A stretch of 56,116 bases of DNA from Fidelibacterota bacterium (lineage in GTDB: Bacteria > Fidelibacterota > Marinisomatia > Marinisomatales > UBA2128), in the NCBI GenBank assembly GCA_046861645.1, contig JBHHUM010000005.1, positions 1-56,116 on the forward strand, read 5' to 3'. The position numbers and the translations under genes are program-made. Under the pieces are notes generated by a model that was not told the origin of the DNA, did not search any database, and worked only from the letters and a program-made list of their open reading frames with translations. Each line of letters begins with the position of its first letter. The first letter of the stretch is position 1. Of this stretch, positions 47,304-56,116 are shown piece by piece.

Positions 47304-48087
47304 CAGTAGCCCCCAAAATATCATGATCTTGATACTGGACAATAAATCCTACCGGATCTACAGGTATGCCTTCCTTCCAAATTTCAAAATGCAAATGGGG
47401 ACCCGTGGCATCCCCTGTCTCTCCCACCAGGGCAATGAGTTCACCCCTCTCCACCCGCTGGGGGGCTTCCACTAAGTTCTCATCATTGTGACCGTAGAGT
47501 GTGATATAACCGTCACCATGAGAGATTATGATAAGATGTCCAAATCCTAATGTCCATCCTGAAAAGACCACTAGACCTGATGCTGCTGCAAATATAGGTG
47601 ATTTTTTCGGAGCAGCCACATCAACTCCTGTGTGACTCCCTTTCCAACTCCGGGAAGGCGGTACAAATTCCTGGGTTAAATACCCTGCCACAGGCATCGT
47701 AGTGGGGAGATTCTCTAATACACTGATAGGAATGCCGGAAAGCAAAATGGGTTCGGGTAAATCGGGTGAATTCAAATCAATGGGGATTTCTACATCAGGC
47801 CCTAGTACATTTTCGATATATCTTCGCATAGTTTTCAAATTTAGCAGTTCCCGTTCAAGCTCTGAAAGAACCCAGGTACGATCAGCTTTTAGGGATCGAT
47901 TTTCAGCCATGAGTTCATCATAATTTACAGCCTTTGGAATGGCAAGAAAGCCGATAATAAACCCGGCAGCTATTACAACCAATCCTAAAATAAATAATAT
48001 CCATAATTGCCACTTCGTGACCGAAAAATTACGACTGATTTCTCCCTCTTCCTGAACAAGTACAACGGTATATCGTTTCCTGGCCAT
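47296..48087 (-). CDS. M23 family metallopeptidase with N-terminal TM and coiled coil
   Basis: HTGVD, YGHN, VGETGDATGPHLHFEIW. Confidence 0.93.
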   Translation of the reverse strand: MARKRYTVVLVQEEGEISRNFSVTKWQLWILFILGLVVIAAGFIIGFLAIPKAVNYDELMAENRSLKADRTWVLSELERELLNLKTMRRYIENVLGPDVEIPIDLNSPDLPEPILLSGIPISVLENLPTTMPVAGYLTQEFVPPSRSWKGSHTGVDVAAPKKSPIFAAASGLVVFSGWTLGFGHLIIISHGDGYITLYGHNDENLVEAPQRVERGELIALVGETGDATGPHLHFEIWKEGIPVDPVGFIVQYQDHDILGATDG

Positions 48088-48110
48088 TTCTCAAGAATCC
48101 ATTTGGCACT

Positions 48111-48974
48111 TCAGGAGTTCAAATCAGATAGCAATTCCAAAAGACGATCTAGATCATCATCAGAATAGTATTCTATTTCTATACTCCCTCCCTTTGATTT
48201 CGGCTTTATAACTACCTTGGTACCTAAAAGAGAAATAAGTTCATCCTCAATACGCTGTAAAGATGCATTCTTTCTTTTTTTAGCTCGTTGTTTTCCTTTT
48301 ATTGCACCGGATAGTATCCTACCCACCATCTCCTCTGTCGTCCTGACAGAGGGACCATGACTTACAATATATTTCCACATTTTGATCATGGCACGGGAAT
48401 CTTTCAAGGCCAGGAGTGCACGGGCATGACCGGCAGTTATTTCATCTGTCCTTAGACTCATGCGGATTTCCGGAGGCAGTTTCAGCAGACGAAGGGTGTT
48501 AGAAATCACCACGCGACCCTTGCCAACCGCCTGGGCAATAGCAGTGTGAGACATCTTGTACTTGGAAGCTAATACCGCATAGGCCTCGGCTTCTTCCATG
48601 ATGTTCAAATTTTCACGTTGTATATTCTCTATTAGGGCGAATTCCATCATTTCTGAGTCACTCTCAACATTCAAAATATGGGCTGGAACTTCGGTTAATC
48701 CAGCCAAACGGGCTGCCCTTAACCTGCGCTCACCTACTATCAATTCATAATTATCCTCCCCTGCTCTAACAGTGATAGGCTGAATAATACCTTTCGCCTT
48801 TATGGATTCAGCCAGTTCGTGCAGACTATCTTCATCAAACTTTTGTCGGGGTTGATGGGGATTTGGTGCTATGAGACTGACGGGAATCTGCAGGATAGAA
48901 TCTGGACCTGCTGTCTCATCAGTGGTCTCTCTAATTAAAGCGCTAAGTCCTCTTCCGAGTTTTCTTGCTGTCAC
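48111..48974 (-). CDS. parB: Chromosome partitioning protein ParB/Spo0J
   Basis: LGRGLSALI, PNPHQPRQKF, IIQPITVR, GERRLRAA, ALIENIQRENLN, GHARALL. Confidence 0.97.
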   Translation of the reverse strand: MTARKLGRGLSALIRETTDETAGPDSILQIPVSLIAPNPHQPRQKFDEDSLHELAESIKAKGIIQPITVRAGEDNYELIVGERRLRAARLAGLTEVPAHILNVESDSEMMEFALIENIQRENLNIMEEAEAYAVLASKYKMSHTAIAQAVGKGRVVISNTLRLLKLPPEIRMSLRTDEITAGHARALLALKDSRAMIKMWKYIVSHGPSVRTTEEMVGRILSGAIKGKQRAKKRKNASLQRIEDELISLLGTKVVIKPKSKGGSIEIEYYSDDDLDRLLELLSDLNS

Positions 48975-49728
48975 GTTTGAGTATCTCCTCTGCTAACTTG
49001 AGGTAATCCTGGGCACCTGTAGAATTTGCCTCATAAAGCAGAATTGGTTTCCCATAACTGGGTGCCTCACCAAGGCGTACATTCCTTCGTATTACTGTCT
49101 GGAAAACGTTATTATGGAAATGATTCCTCACCTCTTTTTCCACCTGCTTGGAAAGATTGAGCCGTTGATCATGCATTGTAATGAGTACTCCTTCAATATC
49201 CAAGCGTTTGTTCAAATGACGCTGGACAAGTTTAATGGTCTGCATAAGTTGACTGAGCCCTTCCAAGGCAAAATATTCACACTGGATGGGTATAAGTATA
49301 GATTTAGCTGCTGCCAAACCATTTAGGGTCAGCAATCCCAGTGAGGGTGGACAGTCCACCAATATATAATCGAACTTTCTAACTACAGATTTTAGAGCAT
49401 CCCTTAAACGATATTCCCGTGCCAAAAGTCCCACTAATTCAATTTCAGCACCTACTAAATCGTGTGTACTTGGGATCATATAAAGGTGAACCAGATCTGT
49501 TTTAGTGATTGCTTCCTCAAGGGGTATGTTGTCAATAAGAACATCATAAATGGTTGCCCGTCTCTCCTGCAATAGATGGGAGAGCGCTGTAGTCGCATTG
49601 GTTTGAGGGTCCAGATCTACGAGGAGGGTCTTTTTTTCCGAAACAGCCATTCCAGCAGCCAGATTTACAGCAGTAGTAGTTTTGCCAACTCCTCCCTTTT
49701 GATTGACTAAAGCTATGATTCTTCCCAT
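48943..49728 (-). CDS. parA: Chromosome partitioning ATPase ParA/Soj
   Basis: NQKGGVGKTTT, DLDPQTNAT, DCPPSLG, QCEYFALEG, EAPSYG; start taken at ATG 49728. Confidence 0.97.
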   Translation of the reverse strand: MGRIIALVNQKGGVGKTTTAVNLAAGMAVSEKKTLLVDLDPQTNATTALSHLLQERRATIYDVLIDNIPLEEAITKTDLVHLYMIPSTHDLVGAEIELVGLLAREYRLRDALKSVVRKFDYILVDCPPSLGLLTLNGLAAAKSILIPIQCEYFALEGLSQLMQTIKLVQRHLNKRLDIEGVLITMHDQRLNLSKQVEKEVRNHFHNNVFQTVIRRNVRLGEAPSYGKPILLYEANSTGAQDYLKLAEEILKRDSKKTRKRT

Positions 49729-49843
49729 CTCACCATTCTTTCGTTCTAAACCCTGGCTGGTCAATAAATTTCGTTAGCGGCTGGCAGTCATTATTCAAAT
49801 TCAGAGGTTCGAATTTAACGGCGGAGTCATGGAGATACAAGGA

Positions 49844-49882
49844 TATTCCCGTCGAAAATAGGGCAATTTCTCGTCGAGAAAT
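49844..49882. promoter_or_regulatory. Two tandem 17-bp palindromic sites in the divergent parA / threonine dehydrogenase intergenic region
   Basis: TATTCCCG-T-CGAAAATA (49844-49860) and perfect ATTTCTCG-T-CGAGAAAT (49866-49882); centres 22 bp apart. Confidence 0.55.
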
Positions 49883-50039
49883 ACGTTAAAATGGCTTGCA
49901 GGTGATACCCTTCCAAACTAAATTGAATCTGTCTATTTTAAACAAATCTGCAGATGGGACCTTCACAATCAAGAATGTTATGAATGAACCATTTAGACTC
50001 TTGACAGTCCTCTCAAAAAATATTTACTAAAAATTGGTC

Positions 50040-51062
50040 ATGAGAAAACCTATCATCCTGATAACTGGCGCTAATGGTGAAATTGGCCATGGGCTCATTC
50101 GTGCCCTATCCGAGAAACTCGATACGAGAATAGTGGGTCTTGATCTGGATCCCCTCGAAAATGCTATTCTACCTTTAATAGCTGAGGCTCTCCAGGGTAA
50201 TATTCTCGATCGCAATCTACTGGAACGAGTTAATGCTGAATTTGAGGTTACCACTATTTACCACCTGGCAGCCATCCTCAGTACTCGAGCGGAGTTCTCC
50301 CCTATGACAGCTCATAATGTTAATGTGGGCGGAACCATAAATCTTTTACATCTTGCCATGGAACAGTCAATCAGTCAGGGACGACCCGTAAAGTTTTTCT
50401 TTCCCAGCTCCATAGCTGTCTATGGTTTAAATGATATTACAGAAAAAAATCATGCTGGACCTGTCAGTGAAGACGACTATCGCCACCCAGAGACGATCTA
50501 TGGTTGTAACAAATTGTATTGCGAAAATCTTGGGATCTATTTCTCCCGTTTTTATAAGCGACTCTCAGCAGAATCTTCCCGGGGAAGGGTTGATTTTCGA
50601 GCTATTCGACTACCTGGGCTTATCAGCGCTCAAACGCTTCCCGCTGGCGGTACCAGCGATTTTGCTCCCGAGATGATTCATAGAGCTGCGCAACATAAAC
50701 CTTACCACTGCTTCGTCAGGAAAGATACCGCCCTTCCCTTCATGACTATGGCTGATGCTATCAAAGCTATTCTAAATCTTATGGCAGCTGGAGAAGAGTC
50801 TCTATCAAGGGCGGTTTATAATGTCACTTCTTTCAGTCAAACTGCAGCAGAATTCCGAGAAAAAACGCTCTCTTATTTCCCAGAGGCTAAAATCGATTTC
50901 GTCATCAATGATAAACGTCAATCCATCGTGGACAGTTGGCCTGCTCAAGTCAATGATGATAAAGCTCGTGAGGATTGGGATTGGGAACCAGAGCACGATT
51001 TTAATAGTGCTTTCGAGGACTATTTAATCCCAGAGATTAACAAACGATACGAAATCGACTAA
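50040..51062 (+). CDS. L-threonine 3-dehydrogenase (extended SDR/epimerase type)
   Basis: ITGANGEIG, YHLAAILS, PSSIAVYG, YGCNK, RLPGLIS, GGTSDFA, RQSIVDSWP; adjacent to kbl. Confidence 0.88.
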   Translation: MRKPIILITGANGEIGHGLIRALSEKLDTRIVGLDLDPLENAILPLIAEALQGNILDRNLLERVNAEFEVTTIYHLAAILSTRAEFSPMTAHNVNVGGTINLLHLAMEQSISQGRPVKFFFPSSIAVYGLNDITEKNHAGPVSEDDYRHPETIYGCNKLYCENLGIYFSRFYKRLSAESSRGRVDFRAIRLPGLISAQTLPAGGTSDFAPEMIHRAAQHKPYHCFVRKDTALPFMTMADAIKAILNLMAAGEESLSRAVYNVTSFSQTAAEFREKTLSYFPEAKIDFVINDKRQSIVDSWPAQVNDDKAREDWDWEPEHDFNSAFEDYLIPEINKRYEID

Positions 51063-51130
51063 AATTAAGGTGGTCAACATTATATAATAATATTGGACAA
51101 GTTATTTGTTCGACTTAGTAAGGAGAAACC

Positions 51131-52318
51131 ATGGACACAATCAAACCTGAACTGACTAAAGAATTGCAGAATATTCAGGAAGCTGGACTATTCAAGGAGG
51201 AGCGAATCATTCAATCTCCACAACAGGCAGAAATTATGGTGGGGGGAAAAAGTGTGCTCAACTTCTGTGCCAATAATTACTTGGGATTGGCAAACAATCA
51301 CGAGCTAATCAAAGCTTCCCAACAAGGGCTGGAAAAATGGGGTTTTGGGCTCAGCTCGGTGCGGTTCATTTGTGGAACTCAGACTATTCACAAGGAGCTG
51401 GAAAGACGGATTGCCCGTTTCCTGCAGACTGATGATGCCATTCTCTATACGTCATGTTTCGATGCGAATGGTGGACTATTCGAAACCCTATTAGGACCGG
51501 ATGATGCTGTTATTTCAGATCAGCTCAACCACGCTTCCATCATTGACGGTATCCGTCTCTGTAAAGCCGAGCGGTTCCGTTATCTCCATGCCGATATGAA
51601 TGCTCTGAAAGATATCCTTATTAAAACCCAATCTCACAAAACTCGTCTTATCGCCACTGATGGCGTTTTTTCTATGGATGGAGATGTAGCCAAGCTGGAC
51701 AAAATCTGTGATCTGGCGGAGCAGTATAATGCTCTTGTCATGGTGGATGACTCCCATGCGACTGGATTTTTCGGCCCTACTGGTCGTGGTTCCATAGATC
51801 ACTGCAGGGTTATGGGAAGAGTGGACATTATCACCTCAACCCTGGGCAAGGCACTGGGGGGAGCCAGCGGTGGCTTCACCTCCGGGCGACAGGAGATCGT
51901 GGATATATTAAGACAACGCTCCCGTCCCTATCTCTTCAGTAACACCTTGGCACCTGCCATTGTAGCTGCAGGAATCGCTTGTCTTGATTTACTCTCTAAA
52001 ACTACAAGTCTACGAGATAAGCTTGAACAAAATACTCTCTATTTCAGAGAGAAGATGAAGAATGCCGATTTCGACATTCCTCAGGGAGTCCACCCTATTG
52101 TGCCTATCATGTTGGGGGATGCCCAACTTGCCCAGGATATGGCCGCCGATTTATTAGCAGAAGGAATATATGTAATTGGTTTTTCCTATCCTGTAGTACC
52201 CAAAGAAGCAGCCCGCATCCGGGTGCAAATCAGCGCAGCTCATACAAAAGAGCATTTGGATCGTGCGGTAGAGGCATTCATAATTATTGGCAGAAAACAT
52301 GGTGTTATTCGAGGGTGA
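51131..52318 (+). CDS. kbl: Glycine C-acetyltransferase (2-amino-3-ketobutyrate CoA ligase)
   Basis: [58 protein letters not shown]. Confidence 0.97.
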   Translation: MDTIKPELTKELQNIQEAGLFKEERIIQSPQQAEIMVGGKSVLNFCANNYLGLANNHELIKASQQGLEKWGFGLSSVRFICGTQTIHKELERRIARFLQTDDAILYTSCFDANGGLFETLLGPDDAVISDQLNHASIIDGIRLCKAERFRYLHADMNALKDILIKTQSHKTRLIATDGVFSMDGDVAKLDKICDLAEQYNALVMVDDSHATGFFGPTGRGSIDHCRVMGRVDIITSTLGKALGGASGGFTSGRQEIVDILRQRSRPYLFSNTLAPAIVAAGIACLDLLSKTTSLRDKLEQNTLYFREKMKNADFDIPQGVHPIVPIMLGDAQLAQDMAADLLAEGIYVIGFSYPVVPKEAARIRVQISAAHTKEHLDRAVEAFIIIGRKHGVIRG

Positions 52319-52455
52319 TATTTATCACCTAAAGACGTTGTGTTCTTTTTCATACTCATGTAAGAAATTTAAGACTCCCCGATAAATGAATATTTAAATC
52401 TAATAGAGCTGACTGAAAGGGAATGAAAATCACCAGAAAACTCACTAAAAAGTGA

Positions 52456-52484
52456 TTGCCTCCCACTGGACACTACGGTAAATT
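52456..52484 (+). promoter_or_regulatory. Candidate sigma70 promoter of secDF
   Basis: TTGCCT-N17-TAAATT, ~50 nt upstream of the secD ATG. Confidence 0.45.
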
Positions 52485-52534
52485 CGCCACCGCTTGTTCG
52501 AGAGAAAACACTTTCAAGCCGCTAATCAATAATA

Positions 52535-54343
52535 ATGTCCCAAAATAACAAACCACGTATCTTCTTCAGTATCCTGATATTTCTCTGGGCTCTCTGGGCT
52601 CTATGGCCATCCTTACAACTTCAGTTTTTTCCACCTGATGATGAAACTGAAATTGAGAAACTCAAAAAAGAGTCTATAAAACTTGGATTGGATTTGCAGG
52701 GAGGTGCCTCTTTCCTCCTGGAAGTGGATATCCCCACAATGGTAGAAAACCTGACAGTACCTGTCAAACCTCAAGCTGACTCTCTCCTGCAAACAATTTT
52801 ATTGAACACAAAGCAAAGTGGTGATCAGGAAAGCTTAATTAACCGTTTTGTGAAAGCTGCTACAGAAGAAGGAATAGTCCTCAAGCGACACTTTGAGGGT
52901 CTTGGATCTACTAATGCTGAAATAGAGACTGGACTTAACGCTGCCGCTGATGATGCAATTAACCAGGTACTGGAGATTTTGCAAAACCGCGTGGACGAGT
53001 TCGGTGTTTCGGAGCCCACCATACAAAAACAAGGTAACCATCGTATCATAGTTGAGCTGGCGGGTGTTACTGATACTGATCGAGCTGAAGCGCTTCTTGA
53101 GCGTACTGCTTTACTGGAATTTGTCTACTTGAAGGACAATCCTTCCACTCAAAATATTATCGACAAAATAGATGCTCTCTACTTCGGAGGGGATACCATT
53201 GCCGCTGAGTTAGATACTGCTGAAACTGACACGGGGAGTTTGCAGTTGCAGTTGGCAGATGAATCATTATTGGAAACAGAAGCCATCAGTACAAAAAACT
53301 TTTCTTCTTTGTTGATCCCCACCGCTTCAGGTGACATAGGAGTGCCGATTAATAACCGCTTACGTATCAATAATATACTCGAGAGAGAAGATGTAAAACA
53401 GATCATAAAAAAGGATAATGGACGATTTGTCTGGAGCAGTGAGCCACACTTAGCAGCAGGTGGTCAGGAGGGAGTTTATATTCTCTACTATCTTGATGCT
53501 GATCCTAACAACCCTCAGCTTACCGGTCAAGTAGTGGAAGACGCAGTTGCCGATATCTACAACGGTCAACCTATCGTCCGTTTAAGTATGAATTCCGATG
53601 GAGCCAAAACCTGGTCAGTTATTACCAGCCGGGTTGGTGATCGCGTAGCTATCGTCCTCGATAAGAAAGTTCATATGGCACCAGTCATCCGCTCTAAAAT
53701 TACTGACGGACGAACACAGGTTGAGGGACTGGATAACATGGAAGAGGCGAAAGACATTGCCATTGTACTTCGGGCGGGTAAACTCCCAGCTCCTATTCGA
53801 AAAGTCTACGGGCACGAAGTAGGACCTGCCTTGGGACAGGACTCCGTAGATAAGGGGACTAAATCCGTCCTGGCAGGTCTGGTGATGGTACTGGTATTCA
53901 TGCTTGTTTACTACAAACTTTCAGGTTTTATTGCCAACATTGCTCTTATCTGGAACTTAATCCTGGTACTGGCTGTGCTCGCCATGCTTGATGCCACTCT
54001 CACCCTTCCGGGGATTGCAGGCTTAATTCTGACTGTTGGAATGTCAGTAGATGCTAATGTAATCATTTTTGAACGCATCCGTGAAGAACTGGACAAAGGG
54101 AAGACAGTTAGAGCCGCCATCGATAGTGGCTACAAACGAGCCCTCACAACAATCATTGATGCAAATGTCACAACTCTCCTTGTCGCGCTTATCCTGTGGC
54201 AGTTTGGTACTGGACCAATCAAGGGATTTGCTGTAGTACTATTCGCAGGCATCGCCATTAGTATGTTCACGGCGGTCTTTTTCACCCGGACGATATACAA
54301 TATCATAACGTCCCGCAGACAGCTACAAAGATTAAGCATATGA
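52535..54343 (+). CDS. secD: Protein translocase subunit SecD
   Basis: LGLDLQGG, NRVDEFGVSEP, AIVLD, LRAGKLPAP, LTLPGIAG, DANVIIFERIREE. Confidence 0.97.
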   Translation: MSQNNKPRIFFSILIFLWALWALWPSLQLQFFPPDDETEIEKLKKESIKLGLDLQGGASFLLEVDIPTMVENLTVPVKPQADSLLQTILLNTKQSGDQESLINRFVKAATEEGIVLKRHFEGLGSTNAEIETGLNAAADDAINQVLEILQNRVDEFGVSEPTIQKQGNHRIIVELAGVTDTDRAEALLERTALLEFVYLKDNPSTQNIIDKIDALYFGGDTIAAELDTAETDTGSLQLQLADESLLETEAISTKNFSSLLIPTASGDIGVPINNRLRINNILEREDVKQIIKKDNGRFVWSSEPHLAAGGQEGVYILYYLDADPNNPQLTGQVVEDAVADIYNGQPIVRLSMNSDGAKTWSVITSRVGDRVAIVLDKKVHMAPVIRSKITDGRTQVEGLDNMEEAKDIAIVLRAGKLPAPIRKVYGHEVGPALGQDSVDKGTKSVLAGLVMVLVFMLVYYKLSGFIANIALIWNLILVLAVLAMLDATLTLPGIAGLILTVGMSVDANVIIFERIREELDKGKTVRAAIDSGYKRALTTIIDANVTTLLVALILWQFGTGPIKGFAVVLFAGIAISMFTAVFFTRTIYNIITSRRQLQRLSI

Positions 54344-55290
54344 GATTTCTGTCAGAAACCAAGATTGATTTTCTCGGAGCACGCCGCTTCGGTTTCGTCA
54401 TTTCTGGAGCTCTACTTTTAGTGGGTTTGATCTCACTATTCCTGCAGGGTGGTCCAAAATTAGGGATTGACTTCACAGGGGGCACAAAAGTGATGGTTAA
54501 GTACGATAAATTTGTTGATATCGTTAGCGTACGTAAGGCCCTGTCCCAAGTTATGATAGATGGCGAAACTTTTGATTTCAGCAAAGCTGAAGTTAAGTTG
54601 GAACAGGATGAAAAAGGGCGAGATTTAGTGAGTGTTCGCCTTCCTCAAATAACGGAGACTACCAAAGGAATCGATGAAGCTGTTATAAGTAAGCTTTTTA
54701 CAGACTTCCCCGAAAGTGTCCCCGACGAGTTAACAGAATTTAAGCTTTCCTCTGACACTATCGGTCCCAAAATTGGCGCAGAGCTTAGGGGAAAAGCAGT
54801 CTTGGCTATCCTATCAGCCATTTTGATGATTCTCATCTACATCTCCATCCGGTTCCAACTTAAATTTGCCATTGGTGCCATTGTTGCCCTGGTTCATGAC
54901 GTTCTTATCACTCTGGGAATTTTCTCTATCATGGACTACGAAATTTCATTGGTTATTGTAGCCGCTTTCCTAACAATCGTAGGTTACTCACTTAACGATA
55001 CGATTGTTGTTTTCGACCGGGTACGTGAAAACCTGAAACGTCTAAAACAGGAAAAGTACGAAGTTATTATCAACAAAAGTATCAACGAATCTCTTTCACG
55101 GACGATAATAACCTCAATAACCACATTTATTGTCGTCTTTGTTCTCTGGTTGGCCGGAGGTGAAGTTATCAGAAATTTTGCTTTCGCCATGATGGTAGGT
55201 ATTCTGGTAGGAACTTACTCTTCCATGTTCGTGGCCAGTCCTGTTGTCGTAGCCTGGCACAATCGCTACGGTGAGAGCAGGAGCCGGTAA
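54340..55290 (+). CDS. secF: Protein translocase subunit SecF
   Basis: LGIDFTGG, IGPKIG, ALVHDV, GYSLNDTIVVFDRVREN, GTYSS; ATGA overlap with secD. Confidence 0.97.
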   Translation: MRFLSETKIDFLGARRFGFVISGALLLVGLISLFLQGGPKLGIDFTGGTKVMVKYDKFVDIVSVRKALSQVMIDGETFDFSKAEVKLEQDEKGRDLVSVRLPQITETTKGIDEAVISKLFTDFPESVPDELTEFKLSSDTIGPKIGAELRGKAVLAILSAILMILIYISIRFQLKFAIGAIVALVHDVLITLGIFSIMDYEISLVIVAAFLTIVGYSLNDTIVVFDRVRENLKRLKQEKYEVIINKSINESLSRTIITSITTFIVVFVLWLAGGEVIRNFAFAMMVGILVGTYSSMFVASPVVVAWHNRYGESRSR

Positions 55291-55325
55291 AACGTTCCTT
55301 TTTCCCCCTCCCCACAGCCGTTAAT

Positions 55326-56116
55326 ATGAGACTAAGAGCCCCATTGGCGTTCATCCTTGTAAGTTGTATTTGGGGAACTACATGGTTCGCCCTGAAAGTG
55401 GGGCTGGAAGCAACTCCTCCCCTTTTTGCAGTGAGTTTAAGGTTTACTATTTCAATCATAATCTTATGGAGTGTTTTCTTCCTACGACGAGAACGACTGG
55501 CTTTATCAAGGAACGCAGCAAAAGTTTATATCGCATTCGGAGTATTCAATTTCAGTTGTTCCTATTCCCTCACCTATTGGGGTACACAATATATTCATTC
55601 GGGACTTTCTGCCATAATCTGGTCTACTTTTCCCATTGCGGTCGCCTTCTTTGTTCATATTATGCTCCAAACTGAACGTATTACCTTAAACAAAGGTGCT
55701 GGGGTATTACTTGGACTGATCGGAACAGCCTTGATTTTCATTCAGGATAAAACAGTCTTTGAGGGATTCGATCTGAAAGCTGTAGTATCAGTATCGACAG
55801 CTGTATTGATAGCGGCTTGGCCAAATGTGCTCTATAAAAAATATCAGAAGGAAATTCCCCACTTCCATTTGAATGTAGTATCTCAAACCCTTGCGGTTGC
55901 TATACTGTTACCACTCTCCTTTCTTGTTGAGGATCCCTTGCAAGTTGAGTGGGGAATGCGCAATACCTTAGCCCTCTTCTATCTTGCTGTTCCTGGTACT
56001 GCAGTGGTTTGGAGTATTTACTTTTGGCTCTACAAACATCTAACTGTTACACAAATGTCCACAATTGCTCTTATTCCACCTATCATTGCGTTGTTAATTG
56101 GCTGGCAACTGTTAGG
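55326..56116 (+). CDS. EamA/DMT family transporter (3'-truncated by window end)
   Basis: Translated by hand from ATG 55326: MRLRAPLAFILVSCIWGTTWFALKVGLEATPPLFAVSLRF...; hydrophobic frame that appears open to the window end (absent from the ORF track, consistent with no stop). Confidence 0.88.
   Translation, partial: MRLRAPLAFILVSCIWGTTWFALKVGLEATPPLFAVSLRFTISIIILWSVFFLRRERLALSRNAAKVYIAFGVFNFSCSYSLTYWGTQYIHSGLSAIIWSTFPIAVAFFVHIMLQTERITLNKGAGVLLGLIGTALIFIQDKTVFEGFDLKAVVSVSTAVLIAAWPNVLYKKYQKEIPHFHLNVVSQTLAVAILLPLSFLVEDPLQVEWGMRNTLALFYLAVPGTAVVWSIYFWLYKHLTVTQMSTIALIPPIIALLIGWQLL

Noticed and set aside
52314..52329. GGTGATA-TT-TATCACC inverted repeat at the kbl stop as a terminator
   Set aside because: Loop too short and no adjacent U-tract; function unsupported.
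55364..55675. 103-aa plus-strand ORF from the track
   Set aside because: Alternate frame within the EamA transporter gene starting at 55326.

Overview
Chromosomal window from a diderm bacterium, probably FCB superphylum (Marinimicrobia/Calditrichota/Ignavibacteria-like). That placement is inferred from a YPNPFNP-type C-terminal sorting domain, a CarboxypepD-headed TonB-dependent receptor and gene content; it was not checked against a database. The most striking element is a six-gene minus-strand cluster (9525-18673) that looks like a complete cytoplasm-to-exterior electron conduit. It encodes a ferric-reductase/NOX-like di-heme-b membrane protein, a membrane-anchored ferredoxin fused to an apparently circularly permuted TrxR-like NAD(P)H flavoprotein, three exported multiheme c-cytochromes (17, 32+4 and 8+2 motifs by hand count) and a putative outer-membrane beta-barrel. 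The largest cytochrome shows nested 525-bp and 150-bp internal duplications. The left part also holds a TonB-dependent receptor, a short CDF-like transporter, a secreted clan GH-A hydrolase and an orphan beta-barrel. The middle holds a CYTH/Na-Pi module, a LOG protein, an amidohydrolase pair, a YafQ toxin remnant, a Fur-box-preceded outer-membrane protein, a TetR-led beta-oxidation operon with a hidden 44-aa ORF, msrC and cobB homologs, and a RhuM-Fic gene broken by two amber codons. The right part is housekeeping: SDR, aspS, a complete atp operon, bactofilin, M23 peptidase, parAB, threonine dehydrogenase-kbl, secDF and a truncated EamA gene. No rRNA, complete tRNA, CRISPR array or intact transposase was seen.
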